This document shows positions 44,911 to 56,284 of a DNA stretch of 64,000 nt, piece after piece. The stretch is taken from positions 56,218 through 120,217 of the forward strand of contig CAZWKN010000001.1 in the NCBI GenBank assembly GCA_964633995.1, in the 5' to 3' direction. This DNA comes from an uncultured Gammaproteobacteria bacterium. GTDB taxonomy: Bacteria > Patescibacteriota > Microgenomatia > CAZETR01 > Amesbacteraceae. The translations under genes were made by a program, and so were the position numbers. The notes beneath the pieces were generated by a model. The model made no database searches. It was not told the origin of the DNA and saw nothing but the letters and a program-made list of their open reading frames with translations. How positions within the stretch are numbered: the first letter of the stretch is position 1; each line of letters starts with the position of its first letter.

Positions 44911-45884
44911 ATGAGACTGGGTGAGTTTGATTACGAACTGCCGAAGGAGTTGATTGCTCAAGTGCCAGTGGAACCCCGGGATAGTAGTAGGTTGATGGTG
45001 GTAAGCCGAAACACGGGGAAAATCGAACATGATTATTTTTATAATTTGCCAAACTATTTAAATTCCTCTGACCTGATGGTTTTTAATGAAAGTAAAGTGT
45101 TTCCGGCAAGACTTTTTGGAAATAAAAAAACCGGAGGCAAGGTGGAAGTGCTACTACTTTCTAGGGTAGATAATACTAGTTGGAAATTTATTGGGAAAAA
45201 TCTACGAGGGGTTAGAGAGGTTGGGTTTGAAGGAAACTTGACTGCTAATATTGTTCGACCCGGGGTAATAAAATTTGATTGCGAAGATACCGAAATGATG
45301 CCTTTATTAAATCGGATTGGGTACACTCCGTTACCACCTTACATCATTACAAATCGCTTATCGCATAATGCGAATATAAGGCGAAGGTATCAGACGGTGT
45401 ATGCAAGGGATATGGGAAGTGCGGCGGCGCCGACGGCAGGACTGCATTTTACAAAGAAGTTAATTAAGAAATTAAGAGATTTAGAAATTCAGCAGGAGTT
45501 TGTAACTTTGCATGTGGGACTTGGAACCTTTTTACCCGTAAAAGCTGAAAATATTGAGGAACATAAAATGCACTCTGAATTTTTTAGAATAGACCAAGAA
45601 ACAAGAAACAAGATACAAACAGCAAAGAGGGTTGTAGCAGTTGGGACGACGAGTGTAAGGGTGCTGGAAAGTGATTGGTCGAAGAATGAAACTGATATTT
45701 TTATATATCCGGGTTATAAGTTTAAAAATGTTGGGGCAATGATAACTAATTTCCATTTGCCCAAGAGTTCGCTTTTGATGCTGGTGTCGGCATTTGCAGG
45801 GAAAGAATTGATTTTTGAGGCTTACCGTAAGGCCATAGAAGAAAAATATAGGTTTTTTAGTTTTGGGGATGCTATGATCATTTT

Positions 45885-45888
<4 letters not shown>
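44911..45888 (+). CDS. queA: S-adenosylmethionine:tRNA ribosyltransferase-isomerase
   Basis: FDYELPKELIAQ, PLPPYI, AAPTAGLHF, TNFHLPKS, YRFFSFGDAM. Confidence 0.97.
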
Positions 45889-47168
<1,280 letters not shown>

Positions 47169-47242
47169 TTAACTTGACAGAAACACGCAAAATATGGCAA
47201 TCTGGAGCTACTGAAAATTAGCTGTTAGTTGAATTGGACGCT

Positions 47243-47395
47243 ATGAAAAAAAGCAAAAACGACTTTTTTCTGATGGTGTTGCTGTCTTCCGCTGTTGTTC
47301 TGAGCGGGTTTGTGATATGGAGCAAGTTGGTGGGTTCAAAAAATGCTCCTGAGGTTGCTGGGGCGAAGACGGAACTAAGCACAAAAGGTCAATAA
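47243..47395 (+). CDS. 50-aa single-TM protein; not in the ORF track
   Basis: MKKSKNDFFLMVLLSSAVVLSGFVIWSKLVGSKNAPEVAGAKTELSTKGQ; TTGACA promoter upstream. Confidence 0.6.
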   Translation: MKKSKNDFFLMVLLSSAVVLSGFVIWSKLVGSKNAPEVAGAKTELSTKGQ

Positions 47396-47434
47396 TTGGT
47401 ATAATGGCAGTGTAAGGAAGGACGGTGATTTTTA

Positions 47435-47620
47435 ATGGCCACTATTGTGCGCAAGAAACCAGGTCAATCAGAAGATAAACTTATTGCCGATTTTCGAAAA
47501 AAAGTTCTCAACGACGAGATTCTTTTGGAGCTTAAAAAGAAGGAGTTTTATAAAAAACCTTCTTTGGTAAAGCAAGAAAAGTTAAAAGAACGTCGAAAAG
47601 GAAAGCGGAGAGTCTATTGA
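47435..47620 (+). CDS. rpsU: 30S ribosomal protein S21
   Basis: FRKKV...EFYKKPS; upstream of yqeY. Confidence 0.9.
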   Translation: MATIVRKKPGQSEDKLIADFRKKVLNDEILLELKKKEFYKKPSLVKQEKLKERRKGKRRVY

Positions 47621-48051
47621 TGTTTGACCGAATTAGGACTGATTTAACACTCGCAATGAAAGCGTCTGATGCGCTGGTTGTGTCGGTGCTTAGGATGCTG
47701 TTGTCCGAGTTAAATTACAAAAAAATAGATCTTCAGCGCGATTTGGTGGACGATGATGTGTTGGCCGTATTGGCTCGGGAAGTAAAAAAACGTCGGGAGT
47801 CTATTGAATCTTACACTGCGGGTGGCCGGATGGAGCAAGCTGAGCAAGAAAGATTGGAACTGGCTATTTTGCAAAAATATATGCCGAAGATGATGAGTGA
47901 GGATGAGGTGAGAGAAGAGATTAAGCGATTAAGCGAGAAAGAGATTAAGGGGTTGAGTGATTTTGGGCAGATAATGCGTGTGGTGTCGCCCCTGTTTAAG
48001 GGCAGGGCGGAAGGGTCTGTGGTGGCTAAGATTGTAAAAGAGCTGACATGA
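47617..48051 (+). CDS. GatB/YqeY domain protein
   Basis: AMKA, LRML, KKRRESIESY, YMP. Confidence 0.92.
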   Translation: MMFDRIRTDLTLAMKASDALVVSVLRMLLSELNYKKIDLQRDLVDDDVLAVLAREVKKRRESIESYTAGGRMEQAEQERLELAILQKYMPKMMSEDEVREEIKRLSEKEIKGLSDFGQIMRVVSPLFKGRAEGSVVAKIVKELT

Positions 48052-48416
48052 TAGCAGTTTCGATCACATCAGAATCGAGATACAAATTTGACAGGAAGAT
48101 GGTGAGAGAGGTGGTAAATACAACTCTTATGGCGCATGGAGTTACGGGAGATGTAGAGGTGGGGGTGGGTATGGTAGGTGAGAGAAAAATGAAACTATTG
48201 CACAAAAAGTACATGGAAACCGAGGAGACAACAGATGTGTTGTCCTTTCCAATAGGTGATAGATACCCCGACGGGCGATTAATAATGGGCGATATTGTGG
48301 TTTGTTATCCAGTGGCCGTAAAACAAGCTATGGAAAACAATAGGAGGGTAGACGAAGAGATCGCTTTTTTAGTAGAACACTCCTGTCTGCATCTACTTGG
48401 AATTCACCATGAGTGA
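48048..48416 (+). CDS. ybeY: rRNA maturation RNase YbeY
   Basis: TDVLSFP, GDIVV, HSCLHLLGIHH. Confidence 0.93.
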   Translation: MIAVSITSESRYKFDRKMVREVVNTTLMAHGVTGDVEVGVGMVGERKMKLLHKKYMETEETTDVLSFPIGDRYPDGRLIMGDIVVCYPVAVKQAMENNRRVDEEIAFLVEHSCLHLLGIHHE

Positions 48417-48417
48417 G

Positions 48418-48606
48418 TCAGGTGAAAAGAAAATAAAGACCTAGTAAGGACACAAATAATCCGAAAATAGTGAGCAGTATCCGCCAAAGTAATGCCTTGG
48501 TAGTTTCTTTGGTAATGCTTTTTTGGGTGACAATATATCTTAGTCCGTATACAGTTGGAACAAGGCCGCAGATAAGGCAAATTATCGATAAAACACGATC
48601 AAGCAT
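48418..48606 (-). CDS. Small 2-TM protein
   Basis: Hydrophobic; TACACT 6 nt upstream. Confidence 0.5.
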   Translation of the reverse strand: MLDRVLSIICLICGLVPTVYGLRYIVTQKSITKETTKALLWRILLTIFGLFVSLLGLYFLFT

Positions 48607-48658
48607 TTAACTAGTGTAGCATTTATTTTCTACTTTTTTTCTTTATACTGATAGGCGA

Positions 48659-50053
48659 ATGCAAACCTTTTACTTAAAATATCGACCGGCAAGAATAGCT
48701 GATTTAGATTTGGTATCGGTCCGAAATTTGTTAACATCCATGTTGTCTTCCGGAAATTTTCCACACGCTTGGTTGTTTACCGGACCCAGAGGTACCGGGA
48801 AAACTTCGTCGGCTAGGATTTTAGCAAAGGCAATTAACTGTATTGATCGGCAAGGAAGCGAGCCGTGTGGAAAGTGCGAGTCGTGTGTAACTATTGCGTC
48901 TGGTAGTTCGGTGGATGTGATAGAAATCGATGCGGCTTCGAATCGGGGGATTGATGATATTAGACAGCTTCGTGAACAGGTGGGGCTATCGCCCATGAAA
49001 GCCAAATACAAGGTGTATGTGATAGACGAGGTACACATGTTGACTACCGAGGCTGCCAATGCCTTGTTGAAGACCTTGGAAGAACCACCGGCTTACGTGG
49101 TGTTTGTGTTGTGTACTACTGATCCAGAAAAATTACCAGAGACGGTAGTATCAAGGTGTACACGGGTCCATTTCCTTAAACCCACTATGGTTGAGGCCGT
49201 GGCTTCGCTTGCAAAAGTGGTGACAGGTGAAAAGATGAAAGTTGCTCGAGAGGAATTGGAATTAGTGGCCAAATCAGCAAAGGGAAGTTTTAGAGATGCG
49301 ACAAAAATCTTGGAGCAGGTGTCATTGTCTGGGATGGACGTTAAACAAGTATTGGGACTTTTGGAAGTAGCGGATCCTGAGAAGTTTGTAGATTTATTAA
49401 TCGCGGGTAGTGTAGACGATGGTTTGAAGACAGTTGCAGCTATTTCGGAATCCGGGGTGGCTCTTAGGGGGTTTGTGGAGCGGGTAGTAGAAGTGGCGAG
49501 AAAGAGATTGTTGGCCGATTTGGCCGAAAAAGATAAATGGTTAAAAATAATTTCGGATTTAGATTTGGCATATGATCAGATGAGAACCGCGACGGTAGTC
49601 TCTTTGCCATTGGAAATAGTGGTAATAGAGAATTGCAAAACTTCAAAAAATCAGGAAATAAAGGTCCAGGATCCACCCGTGGTTGCCAAAAATACAACAA
49701 TAAATAACTCACGGCCAGATGTTGGTACTGACGATTTGAAGCAAAAATGGCCAGAGGTGTTAAAAGCCGTTAGGCCGATGAATCATTCGGTTGAGGCGTT
49801 ACTTAAGTCCACGCGCGTAGTCAATTTTGACGGGCGGGTTTTGACACTGGAAGTCTTTTATACGTTTCATAAAGACAAACTGGAGACAGAGAAGTGCAGA
49901 AAAATAGTAATTGATGCAGTTTCCGCAGTTATGGGATCAGGAGCGGTGAACTTAAAATTAATTCAATCTATCGGAGCAAAGAAGCCGACGGTCGAAGACT
50001 TGGCGACGGTTGCCGAGAACATTTTTGTTGACAAGAAGGTGGGTAGTGCGTAG
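48659..50053 (+). CDS. dnaX: DNA polymerase III gamma/tau
   Basis: KYRP, GPRGTGKTS, EIDAASN, IDEVHML, SRC. Confidence 0.96.
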   Translation: MQTFYLKYRPARIADLDLVSVRNLLTSMLSSGNFPHAWLFTGPRGTGKTSSARILAKAINCIDRQGSEPCGKCESCVTIASGSSVDVIEIDAASNRGIDDIRQLREQVGLSPMKAKYKVYVIDEVHMLTTEAANALLKTLEEPPAYVVFVLCTTDPEKLPETVVSRCTRVHFLKPTMVEAVASLAKVVTGEKMKVAREELELVAKSAKGSFRDATKILEQVSLSGMDVKQVLGLLEVADPEKFVDLLIAGSVDDGLKTVAAISESGVALRGFVERVVEVARKRLLADLAEKDKWLKIISDLDLAYDQMRTATVVSLPLEIVVIENCKTSKNQEIKVQDPPVVAKNTTINNSRPDVGTDDLKQKWPEVLKAVRPMNHSVEALLKSTRVVNFDGRVLTLEVFYTFHKDKLETEKCRKIVIDAVSAVMGSGAVNLKLIQSIGAKKPTVEDLATVAENIFVDKKVGSA

Positions 50054-50062
50054 AATTGCGGT

Positions 50063-50332
50063 ATGGGTATCGGTGATGCATTTGGAAAATTGGGTGATCT
50101 AAATAAGCTTCGACAGCAGGCCATGACGATACAGAAGAATTTGTCGGCCCAACAAATCACTGTCGAAGAGAACGGTGTGAGGATTGTTATTTCTGGTGAC
50201 CAGAGGATTTTGGAACTTGAAATATCTGGGATGTCAAATGACGTTTTGAACGACGTTTTGAATAAAGCTATCAGAAAGAGCCAGGAATTGGCCGCTAAAG
50301 AGCTGATGAATATCTCTGGTGGGCAAATGTAG
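50063..50332 (+). CDS. ybaB: YbaB/EbfC nucleoid-associated protein
   Basis: dnaX-ybaB-recR synteny; QA..IQ..L, ISGDQ. Confidence 0.85.
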   Translation: MGIGDAFGKLGDLNKLRQQAMTIQKNLSAQQITVEENGVRIVISGDQRILELEISGMSNDVLNDVLNKAIRKSQELAAKELMNISGGQM

Positions 50333-50346
50333 GGTAAAATAGGGGG

Positions 50347-50952
50347 GTGAGAGTAGCAAAAGCGGTTACCAATTTGATTGAGGCATTTGAGCGGTTGCCG
50401 GGTATAGGGCCTAAATCTGCGGCTAGGTTGGCTTATTACTTGTTACATGTCCCCCAGGGTGAATTGGACAAGTTTTCTGAGGCGGTTAAACAATTAAAAA
50501 CCATGACTAGGGAGTGCTCTGTGTGTCACAACATAGCAGAATCTGACCCCTGCGACATATGTAGTGACTATTCCAGGGATAAAACTACTATATGTGTGGT
50601 TGAGCAGCCCCTAGATGTCCTGGCAATGGAGAGAGGGGGCAAGTATAAGGGGGTTTACCATGTATTGAGTGGGGTAATTGACCCGTTGCACAATATCGGA
50701 CCGGAGGAGATAAAGATCGGAGAGTTAATGAAGAGATTAAGTGATTCAGAAGTAAAGGAGATTATTTTGGCTCTGAACCCAAACATGGAGGGAGAGGCGA
50801 CTAGTATGTATATTGTGAGGCAGTTGAAAATTGACAATGGACAATTAAAAATTACTAGGTTGGCGCATGGGTTGCCGGTGGGAGCGGATATTGAATACGC
50901 TGATGAGGTAACACTCTCAAGGGCGCTTTCTGGGAGGGTAGCCTATGATTAA
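50347..50952 (+). CDS. recR: Recombination protein RecR
   Basis: LPGIGPKSA, C4 finger, ICVVE, EGEAT. Confidence 0.97.
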   Translation: MRVAKAVTNLIEAFERLPGIGPKSAARLAYYLLHVPQGELDKFSEAVKQLKTMTRECSVCHNIAESDPCDICSDYSRDKTTICVVEQPLDVLAMERGGKYKGVYHVLSGVIDPLHNIGPEEIKIGELMKRLSDSEVKEIILALNPNMEGEATSMYIVRQLKIDNGQLKITRLAHGLPVGADIEYADEVTLSRALSGRVAYD

Positions 50953-51940
50953 GCCCGTGGCTGTGGTGGCTGGTGATGTAGTGGGGGTAATTGCTCCTTC
51001 GGACGCAGTGGATAGGTCAAGCGTACAAAAAAGTGCCGAGATTATTGAGAACTGGGGACTAAAAGTTAAGTGGGGAAAACATGTATTTGCCAAAGTGGGA
51101 GATTTTATGGCGGGTACTGCCGAAGAAAGGCAGGAAGACCTAAGATCAATGATCTTTGATCCTGAAATCAAGGTCATTTGGGCGGCAACTGGTGGATATG
51201 CTGCTACGGAAGTATTGCCGGTATTTAACAAAGAGACTATTGAATTCTTGAAAAAAAATCCGAAATGGTTTGTGGGATACAGTGACATATGTTTGTTTTT
51301 AAATGCTTTGCTTTCGTACAACATAGTGTCTTTAATGGGGCCGTCGGTGTGGGGGCTTCCTGGTTGGGATAGTTTTTCCCAAGAGTTTGTAAGGAAGATG
51401 CTGTTTGGCGAAAAAGTCGACGGTTTTCCACTTAAGTCTAACTGGCAGCCTGCATTTATGGGGGAGGCGGAGGGTAAATTGGTGGCGGCTGATTTGGAAA
51501 CACTTTTGTTTTCATTTGGAACCAGATTTGATCCACTGATGTATGGTTCGTCGGACGTGATACTTGGAATTGAGGAGTTGGATATCGAAAAAAGCACATT
51601 ACAGCGCCAAATTGACGTTATTTTTAACCATAAGAAAGTTGAGAGAATCAAGGGCATGATTGTGGGCAGATTGGTAAATATTAAAGAAGTATCGTATCCG
51701 GAATGGGGTAAAAAAATGTCGGTTAGAGAATTGGTAATGAGTCGGGTGAAGCACGCTGGAATACCGATGGCCTTTTGTGATGATTTTGGACATGCAGAAT
51801 GGGATTATCCTCCATTTGAGGAAATCAAAAAGTTTTTTTACAACCGGAGATTTTTAACAGTTCCAAATGGAATAATGGCAAAATTAACTGTTGCCGAAAA
51901 GGATACAAAGCTCCAATTTTTAGAGAGTATTTGTGGTTGA
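50945..51940 (+). CDS. LD-carboxypeptidase (S66)
   Basis: IAPS, GGY, GYSD, DFGH. Confidence 0.88.
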   Translation: MIKPVAVVAGDVVGVIAPSDAVDRSSVQKSAEIIENWGLKVKWGKHVFAKVGDFMAGTAEERQEDLRSMIFDPEIKVIWAATGGYAATEVLPVFNKETIEFLKKNPKWFVGYSDICLFLNALLSYNIVSLMGPSVWGLPGWDSFSQEFVRKMLFGEKVDGFPLKSNWQPAFMGEAEGKLVAADLETLLFSFGTRFDPLMYGSSDVILGIEELDIEKSTLQRQIDVIFNHKKVERIKGMIVGRLVNIKEVSYPEWGKKMSVRELVMSRVKHAGIPMAFCDDFGHAEWDYPPFEEIKKFFYNRRFLTVPNGIMAKLTVAEKDTKLQFLESICG

Positions 51941-52122
51941 GAGATCGCCACGCCCGCCTGCGGTGAGGCTTTGCAATGACACGATTTTAAAACCTCACCC
52001 TCATTCCCTCTCCTGAATTCAGGAGAGGGAGGCCATTTGTTTTTTGTCATTGCGAATGTAATGAAGCAATCTAGTTTGAGATCGCCACGCTTTCGCCTGC
52101 CTGCCGGCAGGCAGGCGATGAC
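51941..52122. repeat. Intergenic cluster of nested REP-like palindromes
   Basis: GAGATCGCCACGC twice (51941, 52078); GTCATTGCGA/TTGCAATGAC; perfect 26-bp palindromes at 52005-52030 and 52093-52118. Confidence 0.88.
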
Positions 52123-52150
52123 AACGCAGAAACCCGTGATATCATAAGTT

Positions 52151-52582
52151 ATGGCAGTAAGAAATGTGTTTCAGAATCCATTTGAGTCGATCGAGGGCAT
52201 TGCCAAGGCAGCTGTTCCTCCGATAAAAAAGGCGGTAAAGGCAGTAGTACAGGACGCAAAACAACAATTGACGGGTGAGTATTCTGCGCAAAATGAGACT
52301 CCGGGCGGGGTAAAGGAGATTCCGGTGTATGAGCAGAAACAAATCGAGGATGATTCCAAAAGACTGTTGGACGAGACCAGAATGCGGCTTGAGAGAATAA
52401 ATGCAGATATCAAAAGGGCGCGGGAGCAAAGACTTTCCAAAATTCAGCAAAAAGAGCAGGCTAAGGCCCAAGAAAAACAGAAGAAGGAGTTTGAACAGAA
52501 AAAGAAAGACGAGGATCCGGCATGGAAAAAAATGCTCAAAGGTAAAACCGGGTCAAGAGAGGCCGGACGGGGTAGTGGATGA
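52151..52582 (+). CDS. Hypothetical coiled-coil protein
   Basis: Lys/Gln/Glu-rich ORF; -10-like box upstream. Confidence 0.7.
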   Translation: MAVRNVFQNPFESIEGIAKAAVPPIKKAVKAVVQDAKQQLTGEYSAQNETPGGVKEIPVYEQKQIEDDSKRLLDETRMRLERINADIKRAREQRLSKIQQKEQAKAQEKQKKEFEQKKKDEDPAWKKMLKGKTGSREAGRGSG

Positions 52583-52626
52583 TTTGCTACTATACAAACC
52601 CCTTGGGGACTGTATAATCATGAGTA

Positions 52627-53031
52627 ATGCAAAATAGATTGTATGTAGGTGGACTTTCCTGGGGGACGACTGATGATTCATTGGCCGCTGCTTTTTCACA
52701 GGCTGGTAACGTAGCATCGGCTAAAGTAATTGTAGATCGTATGACCGGCAGGTCAAAGGGATTTGGGTTTGTGGAGATGGCGTCGGAAGCTGAGGCACAA
52801 AAGGCGATTGAGATGTTTAATGGCCAAATATTGGATGGCAGAAACATTACGGTAAATATAGCTAGACCAATGGAAGACAGGCCTCCGAGAACTGGTGGAT
52901 TTGACCGAGGGCCAAGAGATTTTAACCGTGGAAGTAGGGGAAATTTTGATAGCCGTGGTGGAAATGGAAGCGGATTTAGAGGTGGGAACAGAAATAGCGG
53001 TGGGAGTGGATTTAGGCGCGGATCTAGGTAA
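52627..53031 (+). CDS. RRM RNA-binding protein with Gly/Arg tail
   Basis: LYVGGL (RNP2), KGFGFVEM (RNP1). Confidence 0.96.
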   Translation: MQNRLYVGGLSWGTTDDSLAAAFSQAGNVASAKVIVDRMTGRSKGFGFVEMASEAEAQKAIEMFNGQILDGRNITVNIARPMEDRPPRTGGFDRGPRDFNRGSRGNFDSRGGNGSGFRGGNRNSGGSGFRRGSR

Positions 53032-53236
53032 TCTTTTCTTTTTTGCAGTATTTTTTACGGAGGACTTCTGTGTCTGCGTGCGGCTGTATAAGATCGGAAA
53101 TTGATTGAGTTAGCCTTGCTATTGAAAGAAAAAGTGAGGCCAAAGCTGTGTTGCCAACGGCCCTGTGTTTCTCTGATCTTTCTGTTAATCTTGACCAAGT
53201 ACGATTGGATTTTTTTAGTAATTCAAGAATGGCCAT
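53024..53236 (-). CDS. Hypothetical small protein
   Basis: Minus-strand TATAAT (53243-53248) 6 nt before ATG. Confidence 0.45.
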   Translation of the reverse strand: MAILELLKKSNRTWSRLTERSEKHRAVGNTALASLFLSIARLTQSISDLIQPHADTEVLRKKYCKKEKIT

Positions 53237-53256
53237 GGGTGTATTATACTGGTATT

Positions 53257-54672
53257 ATGCGTATTTTCAATTCTTTGAGTCGTGAAGTCGAGGATTTGGT
53301 GCCGGTTAGAGCTGGGAAAATCGGAATGTATACTTGTGGTCCGACTGTATATGACTATGATCACATTGGGCATGGCAGGAAATATACATACGATGATTTG
53401 CTAAGAAGGACATTGGTGTACAACGGTTTTGAAGTAATGCATGTGCAAAATATAACTGACGTGGGACATTTGGTATCCGACGCCGATGAGGGTGAGGATA
53501 AACTGGAAAAAGGGGCCAGAAAAACCGGCAAGACAGCTTTTGATGTGGCTAGGTTTTTTACTGACGCGCATTTTGCATCTATGGATTTGTTAAATATCCT
53601 AAGACCTTCGATTTCATGTAAGGCCACAGACCATATTGCTGAGCAGGTGCAGTTGGTGCAAAAGCTTTTGGATAAGGGGTTTGCATATGAAACACCCGAG
53701 GCTGTGTATTTTGACGTATCAAAATTTCCACGATATGAAAGTTTGTTCGGAAAGCGGGTTATTTCAGATAAGCAGGTGGCGGTGCGGGATGAAGTCCAAA
53801 CCGGTGAACATAAAAAAAGTCCTGAAGATTTTGCGTTGTGGTTTAAGCGGGTAGGAAGATTTTTGGATCATAGCATGCATTGGGATAGTCCATTTGGAGA
53901 TGGGTTTCCAGGATGGCACATTGAGTGCTCTGCTATGGCCATGAAGTATTTGGGGGAGACGTTTGATATTCATACCGGGGGTGAAGATCATTTGCCAATT
54001 CACCATCCCAATGAAATTGCTCAATCTGAAGCGGCGACCGGTAAGGTATTTGCTAAATATTGGGTTCACTATGCTTTTCTGACAGTGGACGGGACAAAGA
54101 TGAGCAAGTCGTTGGGTAATTATTACCGGGTAGAAGATGTGGTGTCTAAGGGATTTAACCCATTGGCTTTGAGGTATTTATACCTGACCGCTCACTATCG
54201 GAAGCCCTTGAATTTTACCTGGTCCAGCCTGGCCTCGGCCCAGACGGCATTGGATAAGTTAGTTCAATTTGTCAGAGATACTAGATCTAAGATGTTGGAT
54301 GCTAGTAGGACCGAGTTGTCTAGGGAAAAATTGAAAAAATTGGATGGATTTCGGGCGAAATTTTTGGAAGCGATAAATGATGACTTGGGTTTCCCGCAGG
54401 GTTTAGCTGTGGTGTGGGAAATGTTAAAAAGTAATATTCCTGATTATGACAAGCTGGATCAACTATTGGATTGGGATGAAGTGTTGGGATTGGGTTTATC
54501 TAAAATTGGAGAAGATGTGGTGCCAGAGGATGTAAAAAAAATTGGGATAGAAAGAGAAGTGTTGCGTAATTTGGGAAAGTTTGTGGAGGCGGATAATTTG
54601 AGGATGCAGATTGAGCAAATGGGATTTACAATAAAAGATACTGCCAATGGAACAATTTACGCTAAGAAATAA
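53257..54672 (+). CDS. cysS: Cysteine--tRNA ligase
   Basis: YTCGPTVY, HIGH, PGWHIECSAM, KMSKS; start corrected to ATG 53257. Confidence 0.97.
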   Translation: MRIFNSLSREVEDLVPVRAGKIGMYTCGPTVYDYDHIGHGRKYTYDDLLRRTLVYNGFEVMHVQNITDVGHLVSDADEGEDKLEKGARKTGKTAFDVARFFTDAHFASMDLLNILRPSISCKATDHIAEQVQLVQKLLDKGFAYETPEAVYFDVSKFPRYESLFGKRVISDKQVAVRDEVQTGEHKKSPEDFALWFKRVGRFLDHSMHWDSPFGDGFPGWHIECSAMAMKYLGETFDIHTGGEDHLPIHHPNEIAQSEAATGKVFAKYWVHYAFLTVDGTKMSKSLGNYYRVEDVVSKGFNPLALRYLYLTAHYRKPLNFTWSSLASAQTALDKLVQFVRDTRSKMLDASRTELSREKLKKLDGFRAKFLEAINDDLGFPQGLAVVWEMLKSNIPDYDKLDQLLDWDEVLGLGLSKIGEDVVPEDVKKIGIEREVLRNLGKFVEADNLRMQIEQMGFTIKDTANGTIYAKK

Positions 54673-55303
54673 GGTGTTTAAAGTAGTTCTCATATTAGAT
54701 TTAGTTCTGGTTAACGTTGTTTTGGGGTATTTAGTTTACAAATTTCAATCACCAATTCCCAAGGAACAAACAACTTCCAATAACCAAATTACAAATTTAA
54801 AAACTGAGTATTTGGATAAATGTGGGGAGGAGTGTTTGAAGGTAATTCGTTTGGAAGTAGCGAAGTTGGAACCTAGTTTACCGGTAGCTACTGTAAGTCC
54901 GACTATAATTACGAAGGTTGTTAAATCTAAAATTCGAACCGTGCAGTATGTGACGGTTCCGGGATCTGGATATACGTCGGCAAATAGTTGGAGTGATGTG
55001 CCGGGCACCGATTTTTATTTTGACACCAAGGATTACCCTGGGCTTTTGGAAGTGTATTTTGAGTCTACGGAGAGTCTGTTGAATGGGAATGGGGTGGCAT
55101 ATGTGCGACTTTTTGATGTTACTCACGGAATTGGAGTACAGGGGAGTGATACGCAGACATCGGCCCAGACGGCGGGGGTAGTGACTAGTGGCAAGGTCAA
55201 TTTTTGGTCTGGAAGAAATTTGATTAGGGTGCAGGCCAAAAGCCTGACCGCCGATACTGCAGTTTATGCAACGGGGAGGCTAAGAATAGTAACAGAAAAC
55301 TAA
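54647..55303 (+). CDS. Membrane-anchored hypothetical protein
   Basis: N-terminal TM, beta-rich C-terminus. Confidence 0.7.
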   Translation: MEQFTLRNKVFKVVLILDLVLVNVVLGYLVYKFQSPIPKEQTTSNNQITNLKTEYLDKCGEECLKVIRLEVAKLEPSLPVATVSPTIITKVVKSKIRTVQYVTVPGSGYTSANSWSDVPGTDFYFDTKDYPGLLEVYFESTESLLNGNGVAYVRLFDVTHGIGVQGSDTQTSAQTAGVVTSGKVNFWSGRNLIRVQAKSLTADTAVYATGRLRIVTEN

Positions 55304-55336
55304 TTTACCAGATTTCGCGGCCGCGAAAAATGGTAA
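55304..55336. terminator. Hairpin after stop codon
   Basis: TTTACCA..TTTCGCGGCCGCGAAA..TGGTAAA. Confidence 0.5.
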
Positions 55337-55360
55337 AAGTTTGGATGCAATAATTTGGGG

Positions 55361-56284
55361 ATGGATGAAGGGGGGAAATCGGAGGGATCGCCCAAAACCG
55401 GGGATAGTCAAAATTATTATGAACGTTTGGGGGTTGCGCGTGGTGCGTCTGAAAAAGAGATAAAGGTTGCATTTAGAAAAGGAGCGAGAGGTGTCCACCC
55501 GGATGTTAATAAAGGCCCGGATGCAGAAGAAAAGTTTAAACAGATAAATGAGGCATATGGGGTGCTTTCTGATAAGGCAAAAAGGGCAGCATATGATGAG
55601 AGTCTTGATAGGCCAACACCATCTCCAATTCCCGAAACTTATGAACAACAACTTGCCAGGCAGGAGAGGGAGAGGAGAGCGCAAGAGGCAAGAGATGAAG
55701 CTGCACATAAAGAACGAATGGCGGAATTTGCCAGGAAAAAAGCAGAAAGAGAGAATGCGAGACAGGAAAAAGCTGCGAAAACCGAAGAATTATTAGAAGC
55801 GCGATCGAAACTGGCTGAAGTGAAACTGGCTGAGGAAGCGAAAGATTTGGCGAAAAAAGCAGGTGAGGTTGTTGGTAGAAGACTTTCGGCTTGTATTTAT
55901 GATCCAAAGCGGATTATCCAGGCTGATGTTGATAGAGATTTTTTGGCCAGGACCCTCCCATTGGGGCCTTTGGCGACTATCGCTACGAGAAGATCAACCG
56001 TAGATACTGTTCTCTTGAATCTTTCTAACAATAATAGTCTGAGAGAAGCATTGGGGCAGCATTGGGCTGGAGTCCAGCCAAAACTGGTTTTGGATAATAC
56101 GGAGTCTGTTTTAGAAAGCCGATTGACGGAAGTTGTTTTGGCAAAAAAATATGAGCAGCTTCATGGGAGTGAGATGGCCGTGCCACACGACCCACTATTT
56201 CCTGCAAATAGGATGGAATATTTAGCAGGATTTAGAAATGGGTGGAGTGCGGTTGAGGAAGAAAATGCTAAAATTAAGAAATGA
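55361..56284 (+). CDS. J-domain (class C DnaJ-like) protein
   Basis: [24 protein letters not shown]; unrelated C-terminus. Confidence 0.88.
   Translation: MDEGGKSEGSPKTGDSQNYYERLGVARGASEKEIKVAFRKGARGVHPDVNKGPDAEEKFKQINEAYGVLSDKAKRAAYDESLDRPTPSPIPETYEQQLARQERERRAQEARDEAAHKERMAEFARKKAERENARQEKAAKTEELLEARSKLAEVKLAEEAKDLAKKAGEVVGRRLSACIYDPKRIIQADVDRDFLARTLPLGPLATIATRRSTVDTVLLNLSNNNSLREALGQHWAGVQPKLVLDNTESVLESRLTEVVLAKKYEQLHGSEMAVPHDPLFPANRMEYLAGFRNGWSAVEEENAKIKK

Noticed and set aside
49635-49665. Programmed -1 frameshift in dnaX
   Set aside because: The A6 run is followed by T, not the A AAA AAG slippery site, and no clear stimulatory hairpin is seen
51838-52050. 70-aa ORF sharing PSPEFRRGNEGE with FolD
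   Set aside because: The shared peptide is just the translated palindromic repeat
53101-53256. 52-aa N-terminal extension of CysS
   Set aside because: Not CysRS-like; ATG 53257 has a -10 box and the region holds a minus-strand ORF
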